Origin: Eledone cirrhosa
Taxonomy: Eukaryota
Assembly: GCA_964016885.1 (NCBI GenBank)
Contig: OZ024740.1
Span: 24,428,001 to 24,492,000, forward strand
Reading direction: 5' to 3'
Length of the DNA stretch: 64,000 nt
In this document: in pieces, positions 1 to 11,600 of the stretch
Layout of the letters: each line of letters begins with the position of its first letter
Position numbering within the stretch: the first letter of the stretch is position 1
Notes under the pieces: generated by a model
Told to the model about the DNA's origin: nothing
What the model saw: only the letters and a program-made list of their open reading frames with translations
Databases searched by the model: none
Position numbers and translations under genes: made by a program

Positions 1-120
1 CTCTTTTTGTACCCCCGAAGAAGGGCTTAAGCTCGACACGTTGAACTTTCTTTCCTCTTTCCAATATAAAGCGTGAAACTAATAAGACATTTGGTGTCTC
101 TGTTTGTTGTCTCCTTCAAC
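1..120 (+). mobile_element. Probable PLE pseudo-LTR relic with degenerate hammerhead
   Basis: 15-42 reads CCGAAGA-A-GGGC-ttaa-GCTC-GACA-CG-TT: hammerhead layout with two core substitutions and no clear stem I. The segment ends at (TA)n at 121. Confidence 0.45.
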
Positions 121-142
121 TATATATATATATATATATATA
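121..142. repeat. (TA)n microsatellite
   Basis: Direct reading. Confidence 0.95.
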
Positions 143-553
143 ATTGCTTCGTAGAATCAAGACGTATCCGCGCGATTTCAGAGTCAGGCTTGATCACCAT
201 ATCGATCGTGCCTCGAGCTGGTCGCCCGAGAAACATTTGTAATATGTCCAATAAATTCCCTTCGTCGCAACACTGATTCTCCTTTTTTCTGTGATATAGA
301 TATTTATATATTTAACCCACTACAATATTGTAATAACACACTCGGTACAGTATATGGAAGGGATATATTAGGCTAACACTTGATATAACAGGAAGAGTTT
401 CTATATATATTATCAGAAAGCTTTCCTGATGATTTTTTGGAATGAAAGAGTTCTAGTCCTGTAGAAGATAGTTCTATATTAAACATAATGTTTGCACTCA
501 ACTAATGCATTGAGTAACTTACTAACTTCTGTTACACGCGATTGAACCCAGGA

Positions 554-724
<171 letters not shown>

Positions 725-1008
725 ATGTATATGTAGCGCTCCTTTTTTCTCTGAATACAGGTTTTTAATCTAAAATCGTAGATTCCTAAAGCAGGAATGT
801 GTTTTCTTACCTAACAAAAGACAAAACAAAACAAAACCAAAAAATACAACAACTCCCACTCATTGTCAATGATAGAAGCAAACGAATGTTTTACGTTGAA
901 AGCAGGAAAGCTTAAATTATTTGATACTTGAAGGTTTTTACCAGAAAATATGTATAAATGAGTTCCTGTATATCAAATTAATCTCAGGAATTTCAAATTA
1001 TTTTCGAC

Positions 1009-1112
1009 GAAGAAGAAGAAGAAGAAGAAGAAGAAGAAGAAGAAGAAGAAGAAGAAGAAGAAGAAGAAGAAGAAGAGGAAAGAGGAAGAAGAAGAAGAAG
1101 AAGAAGAAGAAG

Positions 1113-1142
<30 letters not shown>
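1009..1142. repeat. (GAA)n trinucleotide repeat, one interruption near 1075-1086
   Basis: Direct reading; 134 bp with only purines on the + strand. Confidence 0.97.
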
Positions 1143-1143
<1 letters not shown>

Positions 1144-1465
1144 CTATGTCAATTACAGTTTTAATATTTTGAAATATTATTGCCCGTAAATAATTTGATG
1201 ATATAAATTATCTGATATTGAGTTCTTTCTTTCCTCTAATATGTGGTGTATCTCTTCCTTACCTCTGCCCTACACAATTTTGACATTATAGTAGGGTCAC
1301 TGGAGAAGATTATGAAGATTGATCAAATAATCAACTGAATGCCTATTTCCTAAGTATTCCGTTCTTTTTTTCTATTTCGACGTAGGTTTGTCAAAATAAT
1401 CAGTTGCATACAAGGTGTGGTAGTGTTAGGTGGACAAGTTTTGAAACATACACGCATTTATACTT

Positions 1466-1519
1466 ATATATATATATATATATATTTGTGCGTGTGTGTG
1501 TGTGTGCTTGTGTGTGTGT
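1466..1519. repeat. (TA)n-(TG)n microsatellite
   Basis: Direct reading. Confidence 0.9.
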
Positions 1520-1777
1520 AGAAGCACATGGAGGTAGACCTCCTCTGAATCAAATATTTCCAATTTTCTATTTTTTCTATTTCCATGTACCCTCTCAGTT
1601 TGTGTTTCCTATATCTTTATGAATGTTATGTAATACATCTGATGATGTCGCTCGGATTCTACTCGTCATATATATATAGCGACATGCATATATATAGTGT
1701 CAGTAAAAATATTATTTTGTAAAAGTATTACTTTACTCGAATAGCGTATTTAATTAAAAACTTTGCCATAATATCTG

Positions 1778-1816
1778 CCTCCGACGAGCCCCATTGGGCG
1801 AAACATGTGTAAGAGG
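1778..1816 (+). ncRNA. Degenerate minimal hammerhead (PLE pLTR relic)
   Basis: CCT-CCGACGA-GCCC-catt-GGGC-GAAA-C-atgt-G-TA-AGAGG. Stem II is perfect, stem III contains the palindrome ACATGT, the core has one U>C change and stem I is out of register. Confidence 0.55.
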
Positions 1817-2079
1817 TTTATAAAGATATGTTTTAACGCCTTGTAACTCTTTCATTAATTATTTTGCCTATCACAACTCTGCTTATTCTTGTACACTAAA
1901 AATATTAACCTTCTCTATTATTTAAGCCTGATAACCCTAGCATCGAGCGTTTACGCACCCGCTGTTGGCATGTAATACTCTCTATCGCACCTCTTTCTAT
2001 CCTCTTTTACGATACTGTAACTTTTTATTATATATATATAATAATAAGGGTTGACGGACACAGCATATTTATCAATGCC

Positions 2080-2082
<3 letters not shown>

Positions 2083-2174
<92 letters not shown>
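2083..2174. repeat. (AC)n-(AT)n microsatellite flanking the PLE 3' end
   Basis: Direct reading. Confidence 0.97.
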
Positions 2175-2176
<2 letters not shown>

Positions 2177-2394
2177 TTTCTGAATTTGTTTAGCAAGATT
2201 CTTTATCTGAAATCGTGTGTTGAAACCGATTTTGTTATACTTTGGGAGGGTCATGTTGCCAATAAGAAACACACGCACCAGTTGCTTTCACTTCAATTTA
2301 TTATATATTTATAAATTTATAAATTTACAAATCTACAAACCTATAAATTTCTGGTTGGTTGGTTGGTTCCACAACCAGATAGTTGTTTATATAT

Positions 2395-2439
2395 AGTCAT
2401 AGTCCTTTCGTCACACACTCTGTGACCTCTTCAGTGACT
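2395..2439 (-). ncRNA. Minimal type I hammerhead ribozyme of the PLE pseudo-LTR
   Basis: Minus strand reads AGUCA-CUGAAGA-G-GUCACA-gagug-UGUGAC-GAAA-GGAC-UA-UGACU. This gives a perfect 5-bp stem I, an intact core, a 6-bp stem II and a minimal stem III. Predicted cleavage is between 2400 and 2399. Confidence 0.85.
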
Positions 2440-2523
2440 GGGGATTCCTTCCTTTGTTTCTGTGCCTTTCCTTTCTTCTATCCTACGCCATTTTGTTTCT
2501 GTGTGTGTGTTGTGTGCTCAGTT

Positions 2524-2534
2524 TGCGCATGCGC
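2524..2534. promoter_or_regulatory. NRF-1-type palindrome TGCGCATGCGC in the PLE terminal region (candidate promoter element)
   Basis: Matches the first 11 nt of the NRF-1 consensus YGCGCAYGCGCR in otherwise CpG-poor sequence. On the minus strand TATATATAAA (2395-2386) and AATAAA (2302-2297) follow. Confidence 0.35.
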
Positions 2535-2609
2535 CACATCCGGGTGTCTGTGTGTGTTTGTGTTCATTTGTCTATTTGTTTATTTATTTATTTATTTATT
2601 GTTTGTTGG

Positions 2610-2764
2610 TTGTTTGTTCTATGTGTGTGTGTGTTTTCATTTTGTCCTGTGTGTGTTTTCATTTTGTCCTTAATTGTAAGTTGTTTGTTCTATGTGTATG
2701 TGTGTTTTTTGTGTTTTCATTTTGTCCTGTGTGTGTTTTCATTTTGTCCTTAATTGTAAGTTGT
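2610..2764. repeat. Tandem duplication (~71 and 80 bp units) spanning the PLE stop codon and 3' UTR, with internal ~22-bp repeats
   Basis: ttgtttgttctatgtgt...gtgttttcattttgtcctgtgtgtgttttcattttgtccttaattgtaag occurs at 2610-2680 and again at 2681-2760. Confidence 0.9.
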
Positions 2765-3915
2765 GATGTTGCTGTTCCACTCATATTTTCTATTTAATTT
2801 TGGTTGTAATTCTTTTATGCTTACTGCCTCTGTAATTTGCCTAAACATTGCATCTTTTCTGTGTGTGGATTCTATTTTTATTTCTATGTTCTCTAATCTA
2901 CCCCTGTGTTCTATCTTAGCATGTTGGTAGAGCACAGATGATTCTTTATTATCTTGAAGGTCTCGCCAGTGTTCATTTATTCGTTCCCCTATACTACGAG
3001 CTGTCTCACCTATGTACACTATATTTTTGTTTCTACATTGTCCTTCAGTACATCTTATGCTATACACTACATTTCTAGTTTTACAGTTAATACGGGGGCT
3101 TATTTTACAGGTTATACATTTCTTATCTATACATGAGGGTCTTTGGAACGGGTATGTCTTGCTAATAAGTGTTTTTACGGAGGTACCTGGTCTTTCTACT
3201 ATCTTAATATTGAGTTTATGTTTATTTAGGGCCCTTCTAAATTTGTAGGCTAGTTCGCCTCTAGGGGTTGTATTGATGAACATTACACTCTGGTATTTAT
3301 TGCTATCATACCATGAGTTTATTCTATTGGCCTTGTTCCTAGTTCTTTCTATTCTATTCCAAAATTTGCTCCTATACAAGGGGCAGGTCCCATTTATGTC
3401 ATTACTTACCATTTTTTCCCATTTGGTTCTGGCTCCTTTATACACTCTGATTCTATCTCTCTGATTGTAGCCATAGAACTGCATACGGTGGATGAAGTGT
3501 TGTATGTGTCTCTCTAGTTCTTCGGGGTTGCACATGCGGGACACCCGTACCAAATCCGCAATCAGTATGTTGATTTTGGTATGGTCCGAAATGGCCGAGT
3601 TTCGGTGGATCAGATGTTTGGAAGTCATGGGTTTGGCATAATGGGAATGGAGGATTTGTTTTTGGTTGTTAATGGTATCTAACCAGAGCTCTGTGTCTAG
3701 TACAGGTAATCGATGGTTGGGGTGTCTACTTGGGTAGTCTATGGTAACTATAATGCTCTGGTGGATGGAGTTTGCTATTTGCTGGATGCTTTCCATTGTG
3801 TTTTTCTCTAGTTCCTGACTGTTCTTTAGTGGGGGTGTCTTAACTACGATGTTTATATCATCTACGTAGCGGGATTACATTATCAGGGTTAAGCTGTCTT
3901 CTAATTGTTCTTTAA

Positions 3916-3919
<4 letters not shown>
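2750..3919 (-). pseudogene. PLE reverse transcriptase/GIY-YIG endonuclease ORF, C-terminal part only
   Basis: I extended track ORF 2750..3796 upstream in frame by hand: KLKEQLEDSLTLIM*SRYVDDINIVVKTPPLKNSQELEKNTMES. YVDD is at 3868-3857 and an in-frame TAA at 3877-3875. Downstream motifs are LPVLD, YAKPM, a Cys-rich linker CIDKKCITC, and NVVYSIRC...C...YIGETARSIGERINEH...LYQH...RQITEA...LN (GIY-YIG at ~3003-3073). The N-terminal RT motifs are missing. Confidence 0.9.

Positions 3920-3956
<37 letters not shown>
3920..3956. repeat. (TA)n microsatellite flanking the PLE 5' truncation
   Basis: Direct reading. Confidence 0.97.
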
Positions 3957-3959
<3 letters not shown>

Positions 3960-4656
3960 TGTATCTATAGTATATTTGGCAATATACCGTATTTTTAATT
4001 AAAAACATTTAGAAGACCATACACTATCGGTTTTAAAGTACTGACTATGTCACTTACTTCTTTTCAGCGAAAGACGGGAGAGAGGCTAACAAGTCTTAAG
4101 TGAAAGTCACTATTCCTGTGCTCTTCTACGGGTATCAAAAAAATTGGTACATTTCACTTCAAAAATACTTAAGAAGACTGAGAGATATGTGTTGTTGAAC
4201 GCACATGTGTCACAGAGACTTGTTATTTTTATTGATGTATTATTTTAAATCGAGACAGGCAAACGATATTATTTTAAATTAGTATTTTTCAACCTAGCTA
4301 ACTTGGTCATTTGCAATACGAACACATGTATACTTGTATCAGTGTTCATCCCTCTCATATATTCATTTGTATTACACGGCTCGGAAAGATTCCCTTCTTT
4401 AAGCTATTTAATTGTAAAAAATTATTTCGAGTTTATAACTCAATATATAATATATATATATATATATATATTGCGCCTGCTTTATTGCTTTAATTTTCAA
4501 CGATCTTCAAATGCCTATGGCTGTATGTGCATTATATATTAAAACTGATTAAATATTTCTCCCTCTTCCTTCCAATCCATGCAACAAAAGGGAGAAAAGA
4601 CCTTTTTTAATAATCACAAATTAATTAGAATTTTAGGAGAAGCCAACGGGATGATT

Positions 4657-5255
<599 letters not shown>

Positions 5256-5505
5256 GTAAGACTATGTGATGTGATTATTGAAAAAATGTGGGCTTATATT
5301 TTATATATATTCTTTTCAGTATTAATAAATTAACCAACATCAGTTTTTGGTTTTCTGGGTTGTAGGTATTAGAAATTACTGAAGAGTATTTCAGGGAAAT
5401 TGGCTTGAGATTAAGGATAACAAATCAAAACATCTTTTCGGGTAAACTGAAATTTTCTCATTAAAATGTCGGTACTTATAAACAGAAATACTTGGTTTCG
5501 TATGA

Positions 5506-5528
5506 TATATATATATATATATATATAT
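5506..5528. repeat. (AT)n microsatellite
   Basis: Direct reading. Confidence 0.9.
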
Positions 5529-5538
5529 TTCTTTATAT

Positions 5539-6068
5539 GGTAGGGGATTGGCAGTATTGGCATATAGTTACGGCCCTTTACATTCTGAATTCAAATCCCG
5601 CTGATGTTAGCTTTGCGTTTCGTTCTTAAAGGCTGCCATCGGTTACTAAGGACAATGGTTTTGCGCATGGAAAGTTTCCCTCCGGGGCACAAACCTGGAC
5701 AATATTTCATGTGTGGACGACAAGCATTCACGCACGCATACCGGTCTCCCCCCTGCAGGCCACCGATGATGTCCAAAAGAAAGGCAATGGCCGATATAGG
5801 TTGGCACCATTGATGTCATGATTCATATATAGAGTTGAGTAAATTGGAGCAACGTGAAATAAAGTGTTTTAACACAAGAACACAACGCATCACAAGGACC
5901 CAGAATCGTACTCACAACCTCTCAGTTGCAAGCCCAAAGCACGAACCACGGAGCCATGCGCCTTCAGATGGTCGATAAAATGAACCAACATTAAAGTACT
6001 GGGATCTATTTAAACTATTTTCCCCTTTCACTAAATTTGTTGGCCTAGTGCCTAAATCAGAAACCATT
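5539..6068 (+). mobile_element. tRNA-derived SINE split in two parts (5539-5627 and ~5967-6068)
   Basis: A-box-like TGGCAGTATTGG (5549-5560) and B-box-like GAATTCAAATCCC (5587-5599). The body resumes at GGTCGATAAAA...GGCCTAGTGCCTAAATCAGAAACCATT. Resembles a common octopus SINE from memory; not searched. Confidence 0.65.
5628..5966 (-). mobile_element. Apparently full-length tRNA-derived SINE, nested
   Basis: Minus strand starts TGAAGGCGCATGGCTCCGTGGTT (A box) ... GTGAGTACGATTC (degenerate B box) ... GCGTTGTGTTCTTG...CACTTTATTTCACGTTGCTCCA. It is a GC-richer island of ~340 bp and resembles a recalled cephalopod SINE family. Confidence 0.8.
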
Positions 6069-8639
6069 TATGAAAGAATCTGATGATGTATATTTGCACT
6101 GAGTATATCCACTTGATGTGTTTGTGTAAAATATATGAGTTGACAGAAGACGACCAACAGACAAATAGAAATAACCGAAAAGATCCTTCATAAGAAACCG
6201 TATAAAAAATTATTAAAAACAACAGAAATAGAGAGCTAGAGATGGAGAGACATATAGATAAATAGGACAGAAGGAAACAAGAGAGTTAGAGATGGAGAGA
6301 CATATAGATAAATAGGACAGAAGGAAATTAGAGAGGTAGAGATGGAGAGACATATAGATAAATAGGACAGAAGGAAACTAGAGAGGTAGAGATGGAGAGA
6401 CATATAGATAAATAGGACAGAAGGAAACTAGAGAGATGGAGAGACATATAGATAAATAGGACAGAAGGAAACTAGAGAGATGGAGAGACATATAGATAAA
6501 TAGGACAGAAGGAAACTAGAGAGGTAGAGATGGAGAGACATATAGATAAATAGGGCAGAAGGAAACTAGAGAGGTAGAGATCGAGAGACATATAGATAAA
6601 TAGTACAGAAGGAAACTAGAGAGGTAGAGATGGAGAGACATATAGATGAATAGGACAGAAGGAAACTAGAGAGTTAGAGATGGAGAGACATATAGATAAA
6701 TAGGACAGAAGGAAACTAGAGAGGTAGAGATGGAGAGACATATAGATAAATAGAACAGAAGGAAACTAGAGAGGTAGAGATGGAGAGACATATAGATAAA
6801 TAGGACAGAAGGAAACTAGAGAGTTGGAGAGACATATAGATAAATAGGACAGAAGGAAACTAGAGAGGTAGAGATGGAGAGACATATAGATAAATAGGAC
6901 AGAAGGAAACTAGAGAGGTAGTGATCAAGAGACATAGATAAATAGGACAGAAGGAAACTAGAGAGGTAGAGATGGAGAGACATATAGATAAATAGGACAG
7001 AAGGAAACTAGAGAGGTAGAGATGGAGAGACATATAGATAAATAGGACAGAAGGAAACTAGAGAGGTAGAGATGGAGAGACATATAGATAAATAGGACAG
7101 AAGGAAACTAGAGAGATGGAGAGACATATAGATAAATAGGACAGAAGGAAACTAGATAGGTAGAGATGGAGAAACATATAGATAAATAGGACAGAAGGAA
7201 ACTAGAGAGGTAGAGATGGAGCGACATATAGATAAATAGGACAAAAGGAAACTAGAGAGATAGAGATGGAGAGACATATAGATAAATAGGAAGGATGGAA
7301 ACTAGAGAGTTAGAGATAGAGAGACATATAGATAAATAGGCCAGAATGAAACTAGAGAGATAGAGATGTAGAGACATATAGATAAATAGGATGGATGGAA
7401 ACTAGAGAGTTAGAGATGGAGAGACATATAGATAAATAGAACAGAAGGAAACTAGAGAGTTAGAGATGGAGAGACATATAGATAAATAGGACAGAAGGAA
7501 ACTAGAGAGTTAGAGATGGAGAGACATATAGATAAAGAAGACAGAGGGAAACTAGAGAGTTAGAGATGGAGAGACATATAGATAAATAGGACATATGGAA
7601 ATTAGAGAGCTAGAGATGCAGAGACATGGATAAATAGGACAGAATGAAACGAGAGAGGTAGAGATGGAGCGACATATAGATAAATCATACAGAAGGAAAT
7701 TAGAGAGTTAGAGATGGAGAGACATATAGATAAATAAGACAGAAGGAAATTAGAGAGATAGAGATGGAGAGACATATAGATAAATAGGACAGAAGGAAAC
7801 TAGAGAGCTAGACATATACAGACATATAGATAAATAGGACAGAAGGAAATTATAGAGTTAGAGATGGAGAGACATAGATTAATAGGACAGAAGGAAACTA
7901 GAGAGCTAGAGATGCAGAGACATATAGATAAACAAGACAGAAGGAAATAAGAGAGATAGAGATGGAGAGACATATAGATAAACAAGACAGAAGAAAATTA
8001 GAGAGATAGAGACTGAGAGACATATAGATAAATAGGACAGAAGGAAATTAGAGAGTTAGACATATAGAGACATATAGATAAATAGGACAGAAGGAAAATA
8101 GAGAGCTAGAGATGCAGAGGCATATAGATAAATAGGACAGAAGGAAACTAGAGAGGTAGAGATGGAGCGACATATAGATAAATAAGAGAGAGGGACATTA
8201 GAGAGATATAGATGAATAGGCATATAGATAAATAGGACAGAAGGAAACTAGAGAGTTGGAGATGGAGAGATATATAGATAAATAGGACAGAAGGAAACTA
8301 GAGAGCTAGAGATGCAGAGTCATATAGATAAATAGGACGGAAGGAAACTAGAGAGTTAGAGATGGAGAGACGTATAGATAAATAGGACAGATGGAAACAA
8401 GAGAGTTAGAGATGGAGAGACATATAGATAAATAGGACAGAAGGAAACTAGAGAGATGGAGAGACATATAGATAAATAGGACAGAAGGAAACTAGAGAGG
8501 TAGAGATGGAGAGACATATAGATAAATAAGAGAGAAGGAAACTAGAGAGTTAGAGATGGAGAGACATATAGATAAATAGGACAGAAGGAAATTAGAGAGC
8601 TAGAGATGCAGAGACATAGATACATAAGACAGAAGGAAA

Positions 8640-11600
8640 CTAGAGAGGTAGAGATGCAGAGTCATATAGATAAATAGGCCAGTAGGAAACTAGAAAGGTA
8701 GAGATGGAGAGACAAATAGATAAATAGGACAGAAGGAAACTAGAGAGTTAGAGATGGAGATATATATATATAAATAAGCCAGAAAGAAACTAGAGAGTTA
8801 GAGATGGAGAGTCATATAGATATATAGGACAGAAGGAAACTAGAGAATTAGAGATGGAGAGACATATAGATAAATAGGACATAAGGAAACTAGAGAGATA
8901 GAGATAGAGAGACATATAGATAAATAGGACAGATCGAAACTAGAGAGTTAGAGATGGAGAGACATATAGATAAATAGGACAGAAGGAAACTAGAGAGGTA
9001 TAGATGGAGGGACATATAGATAAATAAGAGAGAAGGAGACTAGAGAGTTAGAGATGGAGAGACATATAGATAAATAGGACAGAAGGAAATTAGAGAGCTA
9101 GAGATGCAGAGACATAGATAAATAAGACAGAAGGAAACTAGAGAGGTAGAGATGGAGCGACATATAGATAAATAAGACAAAAGGAAACTAGAGAGATAGA
9201 TATGGAGAGACATATAGATAAATAGGACAGAAGGAAACTAGAGAGTTAGAGATGGAGAGACATATAGATACATAGGACAGAAGGAAACTAGAGAGCTAGA
9301 GATGCAGAGACATATAGATAAATAGGACAGAAGGAAACTAGAGAGTTAGAGATGGAGAGACATATAGATAAATAGGAGAGAAAGAAACTAGAGAGCGAAA
9401 GATGTAGAGACATAGATATAAATAGGACAGAAAGAAACTAGAGAGTTTGAGATGGAGAGACACATAGATAAATAGGACAGAAGGAAACTAGAGAGTTAGA
9501 GAAAGAGAGCCATATAGATAAATAGGAGAGAAGGAAACTAGAGACATATAGATAAATAGGACAGAAGGAAACTAGAGAGTTAGAGATGGAGGGACATATA
9601 GATGAATAGGACAGAAGGAAACTAGAGTGGTTGAGATGGAGAGACATATAGATAAATAAAAGAGAAGGAAACTAGAGAGTTAGAGATGGAGAGACATATA
9701 GATAAATAGGACAGAAGGAAATTAGAGAGCTAGAGATGCAGAGACATAGATAAATAAGACAGGAGGAAACTAGAGAGGTAGAGATGGAGCGACATATAGA
9801 TAAATAGGACAGAAGGAAACTAGAGAGTTAGAGATGGAGAGACATATAGATAAATAGGACAGAAGGAAACTAGAGAGGTAGAGATGGAGAGACATATAGA
9901 TAAATAAAAGAGAAGGAAACTAGAGAGTTAGAGATGGAGAGACATATAGATAAATAGGACAGAAGGAAATTAGAGAGCTAGAGATGCAGAGACATAGATA
10001 AATAAGACAGAAGGAAACTAGAGAGGTAGAGATGGAGCGACATATAGATAAATAAGACAAAAGGAAACTAGAGAGATAGATATGGAGAGACATATAGATA
10101 AATAGGACAGAAGGAAACTAGAGAGTTAGAGATGGAGAGACATATAGATACATAGGACAGAAGCAAACTAGAGAGCTAGAGATGCAGAGACATATAGATA
10201 AATAGGACAGAAGGAAACTAGAGAGTTAGAGATGGAGAGACATATAGATATATAGGAGAGAAAGAAACTAGAGAGCGAAAGATGTAGAGACATAGATATA
10301 AATAGGACAGAAAGAAACTAGAGAGTTAGAGATGGAGAGACACATAGATAAATAGGACTGAAGGAAACTAGAGAGTTAGAGAAAGAGAGCCATATAGATA
10401 AATAGGAGACAAGGAAACTAGAGATTTAGATATGGAGAGACATATAGATAAATAGGACAGAATGAAACTAGTGAGCTAGAGATATAGAGACATATAGATA
10501 AATAGGACAGAAGGAAACTAGAGAGATAGAGATGGAGAGACATATAGATAAATAGGACAGAAGGAAACTAGAGAGTTAGAGATGGAGAGACATATAGATA
10601 AATAGGACAGAGGAAACTAGAGAGCTAGAGATGCAGAGACATAAATATAAATAGGAGAGAAGGAAACTAAAGCGGTAGAGAGAGAGACATATAGATAAAT
10701 AGGACAGAAGGAAACTAGAGAGTTAGAGATGGAGAGCCATATAGATAAATAGGACAGAAGGAAACTAGAGAGCTAGACATATAGAGACATATACATAAAT
10801 AGGACAGAAGGAAATTAGAGAGTTAGAGATGGAGAGACATATAGATTAATAGGACAGACGGAAACTAGAGAGCTAGAGATGCAGAGACATATAGATAAAT
10901 AGGACAGGAGGAAACTAGAGATGTAGAGATGGAGCGACATATAGATAAATAAGACAGAAGGAAACTAGAGTGTTAGAGATGGAGAGCCATATAGATAAAT
11001 AGGACAGAAGGACACTAGAGAGTTAGAGATGGAGAGACATATAGATAAAGAGGACATAAGGAAACTAGAGAGTTAGAGATGGAGAGACGTATAGATAAAT
11101 AGGACAGATCGAAACTAGAGAGTTAGAGATGGAGAGACATATAGATAAATAGGACAGAAGGAAACTAGAGAGGTAAAGATGGAGAAACATATAGATAAAT
11201 AAGAGAGAAGGAAACTAGAGAGTTAGAGATGGAGAGATATATAGATAAATAGGACAGAAGGAAATTAGAGAGCTAGAGATGCAGAGACATAGATACATAA
11301 GACAGAAGGAAACTAGAGAGTTAGAGATGGAGAGCCATATAGATTAATAGGACAGACGGAAACTAGAGAGCTAGAGATGCAGAGATATATAGATAAATAG
11401 GACAGAAGGAAATTAGAGAGCTAGAGATGCAGAGACATAGATAAATAAGACAGAAGGAAAGTAGATAGGTAGCGATGGATCGACATATAGATAATTAGGA
11501 CAGAAAGAAACTAGAGAGTTAGAGATGGAGAGACATATAGATAAATAGGAGAGAAGGAAACTAGAGAGTTAGATATGGAGAGACATGTAGATAAATAGGA

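Larger units (their letters stand above)
2175..3920 (-). mobile_element. Penelope-like retroelement (EN+, C-terminal GIY-YIG), 5'-truncated copy with 3' pseudo-LTR region
   Basis: The minus-strand frame carries RT motif RYVDD, then a thumb/linker and a GIY-YIG domain. A minimal hammerhead lies downstream. Both ends abut (TA)n tracts (ending at 2174 and starting at 3920). The 3' boundary is approximate. Confidence 0.9.

Noticed and set aside
426-460. CTGATGA...GAAA...TA spacing resembling a hammerhead
   Set aside because: Stem II is weak and stem I does not pair.
921-1172. Poly-Arg/poly-Lys ORF
   Set aside because: Translation of the (GAA)n microsatellite.
1639-1700. CTGATGA followed by a GTCGCT/AGCGAC stem (hammerhead-like)
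   Set aside because: No GAAA after the stem and no convincing stem I; at best a heavily decayed relic.
2750-3796. Selenocysteine recoding as reported for some Naiad PLEs
   Set aside because: No in-frame TGA in the visible frame; the only internal stop is TAA, upstream of this interval.
4040-4230. Possible host exon (splice-like TTTTCAG on +, GTAAGT on - near 4052-4067)
   Set aside because: No supportable reading frame or partner splice site; such motifs are expected by chance in AT-rich DNA.
5591-5813. Two overlapping 61-69 aa ORFs
   Set aside because: They lie within SINE sequence and show no recognisable domain.
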